From: the human T2T-CHM13v2.0 reference genome, Homo sapiens
Direction: 5' to 3' (one strand)
DNA: 64,000 nucleotides
Assembly (NCBI RefSeq): GCF_009914755.1
Contig: NC_060926.1
Every line of letters begins with the position of its first letter. Position 1 is the stretch's first letter. The position numbers and the translations under genes are program-made. Positions 15,362 through 33,183 of this stretch are shown piece after piece. Below the pieces are notes generated by a model. The model had not been told where the DNA came from, did no database searches, and saw only the letters and a program-made list of their open reading frames with translations.

Positions 15362-17337
15362 TCTTTTGTCCTTTTAATAATACAGTTATCCCTCAATATC
15401 CATGGGGGATTGGTTCCAAGATGTCCTGTGCAAGTCCCTGATATAAAAGGGCATAGTATTCACATATAACCTATGCCCATCTTCCTGTGTACAGGCAAAC
15501 CTCATTTTATTGTGCTTCAACAAGGATTTTTTTTTTTCTTTGAAATTGATTGATGGTTTGTGGCAATCCTGTGTTGAGCAAGTTTATCAGGGCCATTTCC
15601 CCAAAGCGTGTGCTTATTTCATGCCTTTGTGTCACATTTTGGTAATTTTTGTACCATTTCAAACTTTTTAATTATTATTTTTTTAAACTTAAAAATTTTT
15701 GCTTTCTAAATCATGAAGCGTTTCCACATACTTTTTCATTATTATTCTGTTATGGTGATCTGTGATTGTTGACTCTTGAATGTTACTATTGTCATTGTGT
15801 TGAGATGCCATAACATACATACCCATATAAGATAGTGAATTTAATCAATAAATGTGTATGTTCTGATTGCTGTACTGATCGTCCTTTTTCCTTTCTCCCT
15901 CTTCTTGGGCCTCCTTATTCCCTGAGACACAGCAGTATTGAAATTAGGCCAGTTAGTAACCTTGCAGTGTCCTCTAAGTGTTCAAGTGAAGAGTCCCACA
16001 CCTCTCACTTTAAATCAAAAGCTAGAAATGATGAAGTTTAGTGAGGAAGGCATGTTGAAAGCTGAGACAGGCTGAAAGCTAGGCCTCTTGGCCAAACAGT
16101 TAACCACGTTGTGAATGCAAAGAAAAATTTCTTGAAGGAAATTAGAAGTGCTACTCTAGTAAACACATGAATTATAAGACTGTGAAAAAATTATTGCTGA
16201 TATGGAGAAGGTTTTGTTTGAATGAAAGATCAAACCAGCCACAAGATTCCCTTAAGCCAAAGCCTAATCAAGAACAAGTCCTAATTCTCTTCAATTCTAA
16301 GATTGAGAGAAGTGAAGAAGTTGCAGAAGAAAATTTGAAGCTAGCAGAAGTTGGTTCATGAGATTTAAGAAAAGAGGCCATTTCTATCACACAGAAGTGC
16401 AAGGTGAAGCAGCAAGTGCTCATACAGAAGATGCAGTAAGTAATTCAGATCTAGCTAAGATCATTGATGAAGTGCTACACTTAGCAACAGATTTTTAGTG
16501 TAGATGGAACAGGCTTATGTTGGAAGAAGATGCCGTCTAGGACTGTCATAGTTAAGAAGGCAATGCCTGGCCTCAAAGGATAGACTGACTTTCTGATTAG
16601 GGACAAAGGCAGCTAGTGACTAATTTGAAGCCAAGGATCATTTATCATTCTGAAAATCCTAAGGCCCATAAGAATTATGCTAAATCTAACTCCGCCTGTG
16701 TTCTACAGTAGAATAACAATCATCTGTTTACAGCACGGTTTACTGAAAGCCACTGTTGAGAACTACTGCTCAGAAAAAATGATTCCTTTCAAAATATTAT
16801 TGCTCATTGACAGTGCACTTTGTCACTTGAGATGTGTTGGAAATAGCAAGAGAACTAGAATTAGAAGTGGATCCTGAGAATGTGACTGAATTGCTACAAT
16901 GCCATGGTAAAACTTTTACTGATGAAGAAGGTTGCTTCTTGCAGATAAGCAAAGAAAGTAGTTTCTTGAGATCGAATCTACTTCTGGTTAAGATGCTATG
17001 AACATTGTTGAAATGACAACAAAGGCTTTAGAATATTTCATAAACTTAGTTGATAAAGCTTCGCCAGGGTTTGAGAGGATTGACTCCAGTTTTGAAAGAA
17101 GTTCTACTGTTGAGTACAATTCTATCGGACAGTATCTTGTGCTATAGAGAAATTTTTCCTGAAGGGAAAAGTCGATTAATGTGGCAGACTTCATTGTTGT
17201 CTTATTTTAAGAAATTGCCATAGCCATGCCGCCCTTCAGCAACTACCACTGTAATCAGTCAGGAGCCATCAGCATCAAGGCAGGACCCTGCAGTAGCAAA
17301 GAGATTGTGACTTGGTGGAGGCTGACATCATTGTTAG

Positions 17338-18439
<1,102 letters not shown>

Positions 18440-18764
18440 AAAATCAGGTATTATCATTTTATTTTAGACATAATGCTATTATACACTTAATAGACTATAG
18501 TATAGTAAATATAACTCTTATATGCACTGGGAAACCAAAAAGTTTATATGACTTTGCTTTATTGTGATACTCGCTTTATTGCATTGGTCTGGAACCAAAC
18601 CCAGAATGTCTTTGCCTTATGTTTGTACTTTAAATCATCTTTAGATTCCTTATAATGCCTAATACAATGTAAATTCTACGTAGATAGCTGTGATATGGTA
18701 TTGTTCAGGGAATAATGACAAAAGTCTGTAAATGTTCAGTTCAGATGCAGTTTGTTTTTTGAAT

Positions 18765-18889
18765 TTTTGTTTTTAGAGACAGGATTTCACCATGTTGGCC
18801 AGGCTGGTCTCAAACTCCTGACCTCGAGATCTGCCTGCCTTGGCCTCCCAAAGTGCTGGGATTACAGGCATGAGCCACCGCACCCAGCC
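18765..18889 (-). mobile_element. AluS left monomer only
   Basis: TSD tgttttttgaat at 18753-18764 and 18890-18901; element ends at the middle A-rich linker. Confidence 0.85.
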
Positions 18890-18963
18890 TGTTTTTTGAA
18901 TATTTTTGATCAACTGGTTTGCTGAACGCATGGATGTGGAACCCACGGATAGAGAGCTGACTG

Positions 18964-19610
18964 TAGCCATTGTGTAACTGGAGTGAGATGATATCTCATT
19001 GTGGTTTTGATTTGCATTTCCTTGATAATTAGTGATGTTGAACATTTTTTCATATACTGGTTGACCATTTATATGTCTTTTGAAAAATGTCTCTTTAGGT
19101 CTTTTACTCATTTTTAATTGGATTATTTTCTTCTATTTAGTGGCTTGAATTCTTTATATATTCCACATATTAACCTCTTGTTAGATGTATAATTTGCAAA
19201 TATTTTCTCCCATTCTGTAGGTTGTCTCTGCAGTCTGTTGATTGTTTCCTTTGATGTGCAGAAGCTTCTTAGTTTGATGTAATCTATATATTTTTGCTTT
19301 TGCTTTCTGTATTTTTGAGAGCTTTTCCAAAAAATTCTTACTGAGACCAATTGTGACGAGGCATTTCTCCTATGTTTTCTTCTAGTAGTTTCATAGTTTC
19401 CGATCTTACGTTTAACTCTTTAATCCTTTTTGAGTTGATTTTTGTATATGATGAAAGGTAAGGGCTAGTGTTACTCCTCTTCATGTGGATATGCAGTTTT
19501 CCCAACACCATTTATTGAAGAGACTGTCCTTTCTCCAATGTGTGTTCTTGGCACCTTTGTCAAAAATCAGTTAGCTGTAGAAGCGTGGTTTTATTTCTGG
19601 GCTTTCCATT
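18964..19610 (-). mobile_element. L1M/L1PB ORF2 fragment hosting the MER2 (short left part at 15362-15382)
   Basis: ttttaataaTA[MER2]TAgccatt...gagatgatatctcattgtgg is contiguous L1; minus ORF 19123-19350 is ORF2p-like ([15 protein letters not shown]...[10 protein letters not shown]). Confidence 0.88.
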
Positions 19611-19808
19611 AATTTTAGCAACCTTAAATCTATTGTATACAAGATCAGTAAGGTCATAGTGTTTAATTACCACAATATTTGTGATAGAATTCAGCCTCCT
19701 ACAATCAACATAATATTCGTCTTTAGATGAACAAACACTTCTCAGCAACACACATTTTAACAAATGTAGTATTCTAATACAAACACACTTAATTGAAAGG
19801 TTATATAG

Positions 19809-20155
<347 letters not shown>

Positions 20156-20416
20156 CTCTTTGCCTTTTTAAAGAAACAGACCTCTAAGGAAACCTAATTA
20201 TACTGTAAGAGGAAAATGAGTAAGTATAGATTTAAATTATATTCTACGGTAAATAATAGATAAATATTCTCTAACCTTCTCCTTTTTGTTTCCAAGCAAA
20301 GGGTAATGGCTAACTCAGTGCTTTGCAGTCTTAACATTTTTATATAAACAATTTTTTAAATCTAAAGTTTCTCATTAAATCTCATTGAAAACTTGTGGTG
20401 TATGGTTTAAACTATA

Positions 20417-20714
<298 letters not shown>

Positions 20715-22169
20715 AGTTTAAACTATAGTTCTAACCAACGCTGAATCAAAGTATTCAGTAATTTACTAGAACTTACAGTAATTTTATTTCATAACTTAAG
20801 CTCAATAAAGTTAGAGATGGAGACTGTTGTGTTTATTAAATTAAATCTTTAGTCTCTAGCACAGTAAAGACATTCAATTAAATATTTGTTGAAGAAATAG
20901 AATGAATGCATGCATGCATAAATTAATGAATCTTTAGTGTTCAGATTTTCGTTGGTTGAAGTATGTGTTATAAAGAATGTGGCATTCTGTTGTATCAGCC
21001 TTTTGCCAACAGAAATTTGATCTTTAGAAGTTATTTATTATACAAGGAATTTGTAATTGGAACATTGCTCTTAACAATTCAGAAAACAGGAAGAATGTAC
21101 AGTCATTTGCAGATTTGGAGTCTGAATCAATTTTATCTTTATATATTTTACTCTGCCCTCTGCAAGCAGATTAATGAAAATAGCATGTAACTAAACTTAT
21201 TTTTCAAAATATTTTATGTATTGGAAAATAGTACTTCTGTAAATCTGTTTCATTGTAAGTAAAGGAAACTGCAGTTAATGAGAATGAGAATGAGAGATGA
21301 GAGAGGGCGTATTTCTACTCACTAATTGATTCTTACAGAATTATCCCCATTCAAAGTTAAATAATTGAAATAAAAAAGATCAGAAGATTATAGTACATTA
21401 GGAATGATATTATTGTTTCCTCAGGTCTTTTACTGTGAAGAGACAATTGTTGGCCAGCAAAAGAGTTGCCAATTTGTATAAGATTCTATTGAAAAATGTT
21501 AAAGGATATCCTAAGTAAAGAGAAGTCCTTGAATCTCACAATTGCAGAAGACACAACTCCTCCTGCAACATATTCTATTACTTAAATGATATTGGAAATG
21601 TGAATCTTCAGTGATCAAGATTGATTTAAATGAAATACACGTTAAGGTCTAGGATGGTGCAACTGAAGTGGCTGAAAATTTTCCAGCTATAGCAGCTATT
21701 CACATAAAAAGAGCCATGAGTGTCATATAAACACCTGTTTGTAAATATAGCCATCCTAGTCATACTCTGTAGCAATTAACTCTAGAAGAAATTATTCCAT
21801 TTGTGTTTTTGTGTACTGTATTTAAATAGGGCAAAGAGTGAGCCTGTTTGCTCATACTTTATTCCCAATCTCTAGTTGAGTATCTGGCATTTAGAGAGGT
21901 TTAATAAATGTTTGTGGAAAGAATGAGCCGTGTTCATTCTTTGGATCTGACAACAATGAGGTTTGATAGGAAGTGACAGAACTTAATTCTGCCAGTTCTT
22001 TGAATAATGCTGTTTATGCAGCTTTGAAGAGAGATTATTGAAATATTGTAAGTTATATTGAGCAAGTCTGTGGCTAGTAAATCAAACAGTTTGCTAACAT
22101 TGGTAGTTTGCTAACATTGGTTTTACATTTGAAATTATCTGTGGTTTAAACAATTTATTTTAATCAGGG

Positions 22170-22680
22170 GCTGTTTTATTATAAGAAACCCACTGGAACT
22201 AACATAAATTGAAGAATTTATTTGTCTTTGTAAGGAATCAAGTAAAGCCTATGATGCCCAAGGGCAGAAAGGACAGCCAGGTTCTCAGGGACTAGAACCG
22301 GGAACTGGAAGGCTGGTAGACATAGTCGCCAGTCAGCATCTGTGTCCATGTTTGTGTCTTTCTCCTGCAACATATTCTATTGTCACTGTATTCTAACCGC
22401 CCCTCCACCCCAACCAACCCCCGACTTCTGTTTCTCCCCACATTGGGTAGAAATGACTTCCTGAGCCCCTACATGAGGACTCAATTCAAGGCCACCAGAG
22501 AGGTTGTCATTGAGTTTAAATTCCTGGGAGAGAGGATCTGATTGGCAGCTTGGGCCAAGTGACCACTTGTGATCAAGTTATATGGCCAGGATTTCTGGGT
22601 CATGTATTATCAACCTGATTAGTAGAGGTTAGTTTTAACACAAGATAAGATAAGCATAGCCTGGCAGATACCCAGAAAGG
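22170..22680 (-). mobile_element. Old MLT1-type LTR
   Basis: ataagaaacccactggaact...attcctgggagagaggatctgattggcagcttgggccaagtgaccac. Confidence 0.5.
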
Positions 22681-22765
22681 TATCTATTACCCTGTTTCAG
22701 GAATTCTTTCTAAAGAATTTCCAAATGAAAATGTAGACATTTTTTTGTCTTTAACAATAGAGCAG

Positions 22766-23049
22766 CCAGGCGCGGTGGCTCACGCCTGTAATCCCAGAAC
22801 TTTGGGAGGTCGAGGCGGGCAGATCACAAGGTCAGGAGTTGCCTGGCCAACATAGTGAAACCCTGCCTCTACTAAAAATACAAAAGATTAGCTGGGTGTG
22901 GTGGCGGGTGCCTGTAATCCTAGCTTCTCAGGAGGCTCAGTCAGGAGAATCACTTGAACCTGGGAGGCGGAGGTTGCAGCTAGCCGAGATCGCGGCACTG
23001 CACACCAGCCTGGGTGACAGTGCAAGACTCCGTCTCAAAAAAAAAAAAA
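22766..23049 (+). mobile_element. AluS with a short left-arm deletion
   Basis: Alu dimer with A tail; reads gagttgcctggcc where cgagacca is missing. Confidence 0.92.
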
Positions 23050-23828
23050 GAGCAATATAGTTGTTTATCATCTGAGAGGAATGATGGATATTTCAAAGCT
23101 GTTTGTGACAGAGTGAAGAAGTCATGTCAAGAAATACCCAAAGGTTTTGAAGTTGATACACTTTTCTTTTCAGAGGAAAAAGTCAGAAAAAAATCAATTG
23201 TGATACGAATAATATATTATCTTCTATGTCCTCAGAGAAGCAGTGTAAAATTACTGTTCATTTTTAAGGATTCCATACTATATCACTAAATTTAAATATA
23301 TATTTTTTGAGAATGATTAAAACAAAATGAGAACAGTTTCAGAACTGTTACTTAAATGGAATGTACCATTTAATTAAATAGTGGCCAAACAGATGCATAG
23401 ATTTTTACAGAAACATTGCACATAATGTTCTGGAGCTTCTACTTTAATGAATCTACCTGAAATTCAACTTCATTTTTGATCTATGTCTCCTTGAGTGCTT
23501 TGGCTGCTGCTTTTGTGTGTGTGTGTGCTTGTGTGTGTTTTAACACAGTGCTTCCCCATCTCCGATCTATTACATATTAATTTGTTCTAGCTAATCAGCT
23601 TAATAAACTGAGAATGCTGCTCATTACTTATGTAGCACAATGCAGAGACACTGTGGGGCTTGGCATGGATGACTGTCAAACAGAAACTGATAACCAAACT
23701 GATGGCGCCTGGAGGACCCAGTGGTGTTGCGAAGTTTGTTGTTGCATCAGCTGAAATAGATATTGAGACTTTATTGATTTATCTCATCTATAAGAATTTT
23801 GCACTTTCTTTGCTTTGTTATACCGTGC

Positions 23829-24148
23829 TATTATTTTATTTTATTTTATTTATTTTTTTGAGACAGGGTCTCGCCATGTCACCCAGCCTGGAGCACAGTG
23901 GCGCGATCACAACTCACAGCAACCTCTGCCTCCCTGGCTCAAGCAATCCCTCCACCTCAGCCTCCCAGATATCTGGTACTACAGGTGCACACCACCACAC
24001 CCGCTAATTTTTGCATTTTTTTTTTTTTTTGTAGGGATGGGTTTATGCCACGTTACCCAGGCTGATCTGAACTCCTGGGCTCAAGCAGTCCATCTGCCTC
24101 AGCCTCCTGAAGTGCTGGGATTACAGGCATGAGCCATTGCACCCGGCC
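23829..24148 (-). mobile_element. AluJ
   Basis: Alu dimer. Confidence 0.9.
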
Positions 24149-24272
24149 TTGGTTTCTTAATGTAATAGGCTGTTCTTTAATTGTTTCATAGCCTGCCTAC
24201 CAACCCCATCTAAGTGAAATATTGTTGGCAGGGCACCTGATAATAACTGTTTTACTTATTCTTTCTTAAAAA

Positions 24273-24274
24273 AT

Positions 24275-24317
<43 letters not shown>

Positions 24318-24580
24318 TTAAGACAGGGTCTTGCTTTGTGGCCCAGCCTGGAGTGCATTATAGCTCACTGCAGCTCTGACCTCACTGGCTCAAGTGATCC
24401 TCCACCCTCAGCCTCCCGAGTAGCTGGGACTATAGGTGTGCATCACCATTTTTTTGTAGAGACGGGGTTTTGGTTTCACTTCATTGCCCAGGTGATCTTG
24501 AACTTCTGGGCTCAAGCTATCCTTCCACTGTGGCCTCCCAAAGTGTTGGGATTGCAGGCGTGAGCCACTGCACCTTGCCC
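24273..24580 (-). mobile_element. AluJ with (TTTA)n tail
   Basis: Alu dimer; about 11 TTTA units at 24273-24320. Confidence 0.9.
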
Positions 24581-26359
24581 ATACCATACATTTTGAACCT
24601 TGGCCGCTAGGTCCAAAAGCTGGCCGTTGTGACTATAGCTGTTGGCATTTTTGTTGGGATGACAATGTTATTTTATTTAAAATTTCTTGTACTATTTAAA
24701 ATAATCTGTTTGGAAAATGTTAACCAAGTAATCTTTCTGCTTCCACTTCCCCTTCAGTATTTTAGTGGACTGAATCTCTCAGCCTGGCATTCAAGGCCAG
24801 TCACAGTGTGACATTCCAGCCTCCCAGTTAGAGCTCAGCTAACAACAAGCCAAGTCAGAAAGCTGCTCTGCAAGACTGATTTGCCCATTATACTTCCCAA
24901 ATACCCTGCCTTCCTTTCCTGCTTCTGCTTTTGCCACACTGTTTTGGCTTTAGCAGGACAAACCAAGGAATAATAAAATAGCCTGTCTTGTGATGTATTT
25001 GGTTTTTCATTCGCGCTCACAAACCTGCCACTCTAATGGAAGTGCTCTCTATTTAGGAGGCTCCCTAGACCAGTTCTCTTCTAGTCTGCAAGAATGCTTG
25101 CAAGGAGAGTAGGAGTTAACCATTTTTACTATGACTTGCAACAGTTGAGCTAAGTAAAAAGTTGGATGCTGTCTAGGGACTTAGTATTTTGCATCATGCT
25201 GAGAGGCATAATTTTACTTTTATTTTTGTCTTTTAAAAAGATTCATTTACTTAAAGATTGTTATTATCTAGCATTTAAGGTATTTTTAGAGGCTAATTGT
25301 GGAGGCAGGTCACCTTTGATTTAGTGAATGTTCTACAAAATGCTCATTGAAAGGCAAGTAAAGAGTGCTAATTTTCTGGATTAGACATTCTCTCTCCTTA
25401 GATATTCAGGATTCCTTTGTCTTGGAGTTTTAGAATATTTTATTTTCTTGGAATTCATGGGTTAGAAGAAATATATTAGGAATAGCAACTAATATTATTA
25501 ATTTAAATTTATAAAGTCAGTTTAATTATAGCTATGTATTATATATAATCTGTCTTTGGTACTGATTATAGTTTATTAAAAATGACTGATATGATTACTA
25601 AATTAACTTATTGGGCATTTTATGGTTAGGCTTATTTACATGCATTATTTTATTTTATCGACACAATAACTCTTAGGTCAGAATTTATATCCCACTCTTT
25701 AATATCAATTTTATTGAGGTAGTGTAATTTACATATAATAAAATGTACCCACTTTAAGTGTACAGTTCTGTGTGTTTTGGCAATTGTAAACACTTAAAAC
25801 CACACCATAGTCAAGATAAAGAACATTTCCATTCCCTAAAGGTATAGAACATTTCCTTACCCACACAAATCGGTCCCCTCCACCACCTTCCTCTTAACCC
25901 TGAGCCTTTTCATTTCTCTAAAACTGAAACAGTTTTGCCTGTTTAGAATTTTATATAAATGGAATAATATATTATGTAGTTTTTGGTATATGGCCTCTTT
26001 CAGTCAGCATTATGTTTTTGAGATTCATCCATGTTACATCAGTACTTTGTTCCTTTTATTGCTGTATAGCATTACATTGTATGGCTGTACCACAGTTTTT
26101 TATTTATTCATCCATTGAAGGACATTCGGATTTTTTTTTCTATTTTTTGGCTATTATGAATAAACTTGCCATTACATTTTTGTACGTGTCTTTTTCTGGA
26201 GATGTGTTTTAATTTTTATTGGGTAAATACCTAGCAGTAGTATTACTGTGTTGTTAGCTGAGTGTATGCTTAACTTTTAAGGGCTAAACTGTTTTCCAAA
26301 GTAGTTGCACTATTTTACATTCCTGCTAACAATTTATGAGGTTCTAGTTCTTTTACAGT

Positions 26360-26490
26360 CTTGCCAACATTTGGTATTGTTGATCCATTAGTTTTTCTAT
26401 ATTCTTGCCAGTATTGGTATTGTTGATCCATTTTGAGCTACCTTTTTTTCTTGCCAACATTAGTATTGTTGATCCATTTTGAGCTACCTT
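26360..26490 (+). repeat. About 3 imperfect tandem copies of a ~45-bp unit
   Basis: tcttgccaacat(t)tggtattgttgatccatt recurs near 26359, 26403 and 26449. Confidence 0.85.
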
Positions 26491-26817
26491 TTTTTTTTTT
26501 AAAGACAGGGTCTCACTTTATTACCCAGTAATAAAAAGCCTGTGGTGTAGTGTAGTGGCACAATCATAGCAATCATAGCTCACTGCAACCTTGACCTCCT
26601 GGGCTCAAGCAACCCCTCCTGCCTCAGCCTCCCAAATAGCTGGGACTACAGGCACATACTACCATACCTGGCTAATTTTTATTTTTTATTTTATTTTTGT
26701 AGAGACGGGGTTTCACTGTGTTGCCCAGGCTGGTCTCGAACTCCTGGCCTAAAGTGATCTTTCCACCTTGGCCTCCCAAGGTGCTGAGATTACAGGCATG
26801 AGCTACCATGCCTGGCC
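26488..26817 (-). mobile_element. AluJ with small internal insertions
   Basis: Alu dimer; flanking tttgagctac duplication. Confidence 0.9.
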
Positions 26818-28107
26818 TTTGAGCTACTTTTGATCATATATTTGTTAATTAACAATTTAAGTGTGGGTCTATTTCTGGACTTTATGTTGTATTCCCTTAA
26901 TATGTCTATCCTTAAGTGAATACAACACGATCCTGACTACTGTAGCTTTATAGGAAGTCTTTAAATAAGGTAGTATAAGTCCTGTAACTTCTTTTTCAAA
27001 GCTGTTTCGGATATTCTAAGTCCTTTGCATTTCCATGGAAGTTTTAGAATCAGCTTGTAATTGTTTACAGAAATCCTGCTGGGAATCTGTAGATCAGTTT
27101 GTAGAGAATTAACATCTTAACACTGAGTCTTCCAAGAGATAAAAATGCTAACATCTCCATTTATTTAGGTCACTTTTAATTGCTCTGAGCAGTATTTTAT
27201 AGTTTTCAGTGAATATATCTTAATCCAATTTTGTTAAATTTACCTCTAAATATATCATACTTTCTGATGCCAATTTATAGTAGTGTGGTTTTTTTTTTTT
27301 TGAACTTTGTTTTCCTGAACTCATTGAAATGTAATTGATTTTGGTATATTTAACCTTGTATGCTGATGCTGCTATGTCCCTAAATTTACTTATTAATTCT
27401 AATAATTTTTTTGTAGATTCCTTAGGTATTTTCTTCAACACATTTGCTTGTGAAAAAGATAGTTTTGTATCTTCCTTTCCAATCTATATAATTTATATTT
27501 CTCATTCTTGTTTTATTGTACTATCTAGTGCAGTAGACAATACCTAATAGCCAGTGGCAGGTAGAAGTGGTGAAGTCAGACCTTCTTGCCTTATTCGCAG
27601 TCTTAAGAAGGTAGTTAGTCTTTCATCAGGTGTAATTGTCAGTTCTAGGTGCCTTTTTATCAATCTAAGGAAGTTCCCATCTATTTTAGTTTGCTGAGAG
27701 TTTTTATTATGAAAAGAATGTTAATATATGTTAATTTTTTTTCTCTGTCTACTTGGTTTATTTCTTTTATTCTGTTAATATGATAAATAAACTGATTTTC
27801 AAATGTTGAACCACTGTTGCATTCTGCAGATTAATTCCGCTTGATTATTATGTATGATCCTTCTGATGTATTACTGGAGTTGATTCACTCATGTCTTTTT
27901 AAAGAACTTTGCATTTCTGTATTTGATGCTGTATTTCTTTTCTTTACTTTTAGTTCTTTGCTTGGTTTTGGCACCAGAGTAATGCTGTGTTTATAAAATA
28001 AGTTGGGAAGTATTCAGTCCTCTGTTTTCTGAGTTTGTGAAAGATTGATTTTATTTCTTCCTGAAAGCTTAGAAGGTTAGAATTCACCAATGAAGCCATC
28101 TGGACCT

Positions 28108-28232
28108 GGAGCGAGATAGAGAGAGAGAGAAAGAGAGGCGAGAGAGAGAGGAGAGAGGAGAGAAGAGAGAGGAGAGGAGAGGAGAAGAGAGGAGAGAGAG
28201 AGAGAGCAAGAGAGAGAGCGAGCGAGAGGGAA
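28108..28232 (+). repeat. (GA)n/(GAGAG)n polypurine microsatellite
   Basis: About 120 nt, almost entirely purines. Confidence 0.93.
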
Positions 28233-29977
28233 GGTTTTTAACTATAAATGCAATTTCTTTAACAGATATAGGGCTAACAGGTTTTTAAATTATTCTTAAG
28301 CGAGTTTTTACAGCCTTGTCTTTTAAGGAATTTGTTCATTTCATCCAAGTTGTTGAAATTATTGGCATACCGTTATTCATCTATTTCCTCCTTATTCTTT
28401 TACTGCCTGTGTGACCTGTACTCATTTCCCCTTTCATTTCTGACATTGGTACATTGTGTCTTTTCTCTGCTTTCCTTGATGAATCTAGCTAGAAGATTAA
28501 CAATTTTATTTTTTTTTAAATAACCAGCTTTTTATTTCATAGATTTTTCTTTATTATTCTCCTGTATATTTCATTGTTTTCTGCTCTTTGTTTATGCTTG
28601 AAAATGTCTACCTTTTAAATGGAGTGTTTAGGTAATTTAATCTTTAACCTGATTGCCACTATGGCTGGATCTTGCTGTTTATTTTCTAATTGTTATGTCA
28701 TCTGTTTTTCATTTCTTTTACTGCCTTCTTTTGGATTAATTAATATTTTAGGATTTTATTTTGTCTCTACTGTTGGCTTCTGAGCTATATGTCATTGTTT
28801 GATTTTTTTCCCCCATGGCTGTTCTAGTGTTCAGAATACATATCTTTAACTTTTCACAGTCTACCATTAAAAATACTATAATACTTCATTTATCATGTAA
28901 GAACCTAACAATATTATATACTTCTTTTTCCCCTACTCAACTCCTCTGGCCATCCTTTTCTGCTATTATACATTTCATTTCTTTATATGTGATAAATTGT
29001 CTTTAGCAAAATGTTCAAACCTTTTGCCTTTTTAAAAAATGGATTCTTATCATTGAGTTTTGAGAATTCTTCATATATTTAGGTTACAAGTTTTTTATCA
29101 GATGTATGATTTGCAAATATTTTCTCCCTGACTGTGGCTTGTCTTTTTATTGTCTTAACGAAACTGCCTAATTCCATGCCACAAAGATTTTTGTACTATG
29201 TTTTCTTTTAAATGTTTTATAGCTTTAGGTTTTATGTTCAGGTTTGTGATCCATTTTGAGTTTATTTTTGTATACGATACAGGTTTTTAAAAAGTATGGA
29301 CATCCACATATTCTAGTATCATCTGATGAAAAGAATGCTCTTTCTCTTTTAAATTGCCCTTGCACTTTTGTCAAAAATTAATTTCCCACATATGTGTGAG
29401 CATTTTTCTTAACTTTCTAGTCTGTCCTGTAGGTCTATATATCTAACTTTATATTGAAACCACAGTTTTGATTGCTGTAGTTTGATAGTAAGTTTGGAAA
29501 TCAGGTGGTATATATCCTCCAATTTTTATTCCTTTTTTTTCCAAAATGGTTTGGAAATGTTAGATTTTTTTCATTTCTCTATAAAATTTGGAATCATCTT
29601 GTCAATTTTTTAGTTTTCTATGTTATTAGTATTCCATGTACAGGTTTTGCACTTCTTTTTGTTTATTAAATATTTAATATATTTTGATGCTGTTGAAAAT
29701 TATATTTTTTAAATTCTAAATTTCTGATTGTTTATTGCTGATATATAGAGATACAGTTGATTTTTTTTTTTATCTATTGATGTTATATCCTTGGTAAACT
29801 CAGGTTTGAGTTACAGAAGTTTGTCTGTAGACTCCATAAGATTTCCTACATAGAAAATTATGCCATCTGTGAATGACAGTTTTAGTCCTTCCTGTCTAAT
29901 CTGAATGCCTTTTCTTTCTTTCCTGCCTTAGTGCACTGACTAGAATCTCCAATATTTTGTTGGTAGAAAAGTGTTAA

Positions 29978-30421
<444 letters not shown>

Positions 30422-30469
30422 TTAGTTGGGGATTTTTTGTTTTGTTTAGTTTTTTAAAATCAGGAATGG

Positions 30470-31840
<1,371 letters not shown>

Positions 31841-33183
31841 AAAATCAACAATGGATGTTAGATTTTGGCAGATACTTATCTTCATCTATTGAGATGATCA
31901 TGTGGTTTTTCTCTTTTAATGTTATTAATATGGTGGTTTTCATTCATTGAATTTTGAATATTCAGTCTACCTTGCATTCCTGGGATGAACTGATTGTTTT
32001 GATGTAGTGTCCTTTCTCTATATTGTTGGATTTAATTTGCTAAAGTTTTTTTAGAGTTTTTCATTTATATTCATGAATGATATTGGTTTGTAGTTTTATT
32101 TGAATGCTTTTTCCTATTTTTTTCCTCATAGTAAAGCTGGCTTCAGAATAGAATGAGTTGCTAAGTGAACCCTTTTCTTCATTTTTTTCAAAGGTTTGTG
32201 AAGAATTCATATTATTTCTTCCTTAAATGTTTGGTAGAATTTGCCAGTGAAACCATCTGGGCCTGGAGTTTTCTTTGTGGGAAGGTTTTAAAGTACAAAT
32301 TAAATTTGCTTAATAGATTTAGATCTATTCAGATTATCTACTTCATCTTGAATGAGTGTTGCTGATTTGTGTCTTTAAAGGAATTTGTCCATTTCATCTA
32401 AGTTGCTGAATTGATTGACATAAAGTTTTTCATAAATTTTTTTTATTCTTTTAAAAAAATGTGTAAAATTTGTAGTGATGTTACCTCTGTGTTTCCTGAT
32501 CTTGGCCATTCCTTTCTCCCCCGCAACTGTTTTCTTTGCCAGTCTGGCTAGTGGTAAAGAAAAAAGTGGTAAACATTTACTCATGTTGTGGAAGAACCAG
32601 CTTTTGGTTTCATCCATCTTCTCTGTTGTATTTCTGTTTTCTGTTTTATTGATTTCCATTCAGATTTTAAATATTCTTTTACTTTCACTTGCTCTTCTTT
32701 TCGTAGTTTATTAACATGGTCATTGATTTGAGATCTTTCTTTTTTCCTAATATTGGTGTTTAATGCTATAAATTTCCAGCTAAGTGGTGTTTTAGATGTA
32801 TCCTACAAATTTTGCTGTGTTGTGTTTTTATTTTCACTCATCACATGTTCTGAATTTCCCTTAGATTTTTTTTGACCTATGAGTTATTTAGAAATATGTT
32901 ATTTGGTTTACAAAATTTTCTGGATCTTTTATTGAATTTGAATTTAAGTTTATTGTGGTCAGAGAACATACTTTGTATGACTTACATCCTTTTAAATGTA
33001 TTGAGATTTGTTTTATGGCCCAGGATATAGATTATTTTAGTACATGTTCAATGTACACTGAAAAGAATGTGTTCTATTTTTCTTTGGTAGAGTGTTCCAT
33101 AATAGCAATTAGGTCAAGTTGGTTAATAGAGTTGTTCAAATGTGATCTATTGTTACTAATTTTCTTTTTGTTATTTTAGTTTT

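Noticed and set aside
15835-17194. Tigger1 transposase as a domesticated gene
   Set aside because: Broken into short frames by stops and frameshifts, with an internal deletion near 16830.
22088-22121. 17-bp tandem duplication agtttgctaacattggt
   Set aside because: Ordinary slippage duplication with no further structure.
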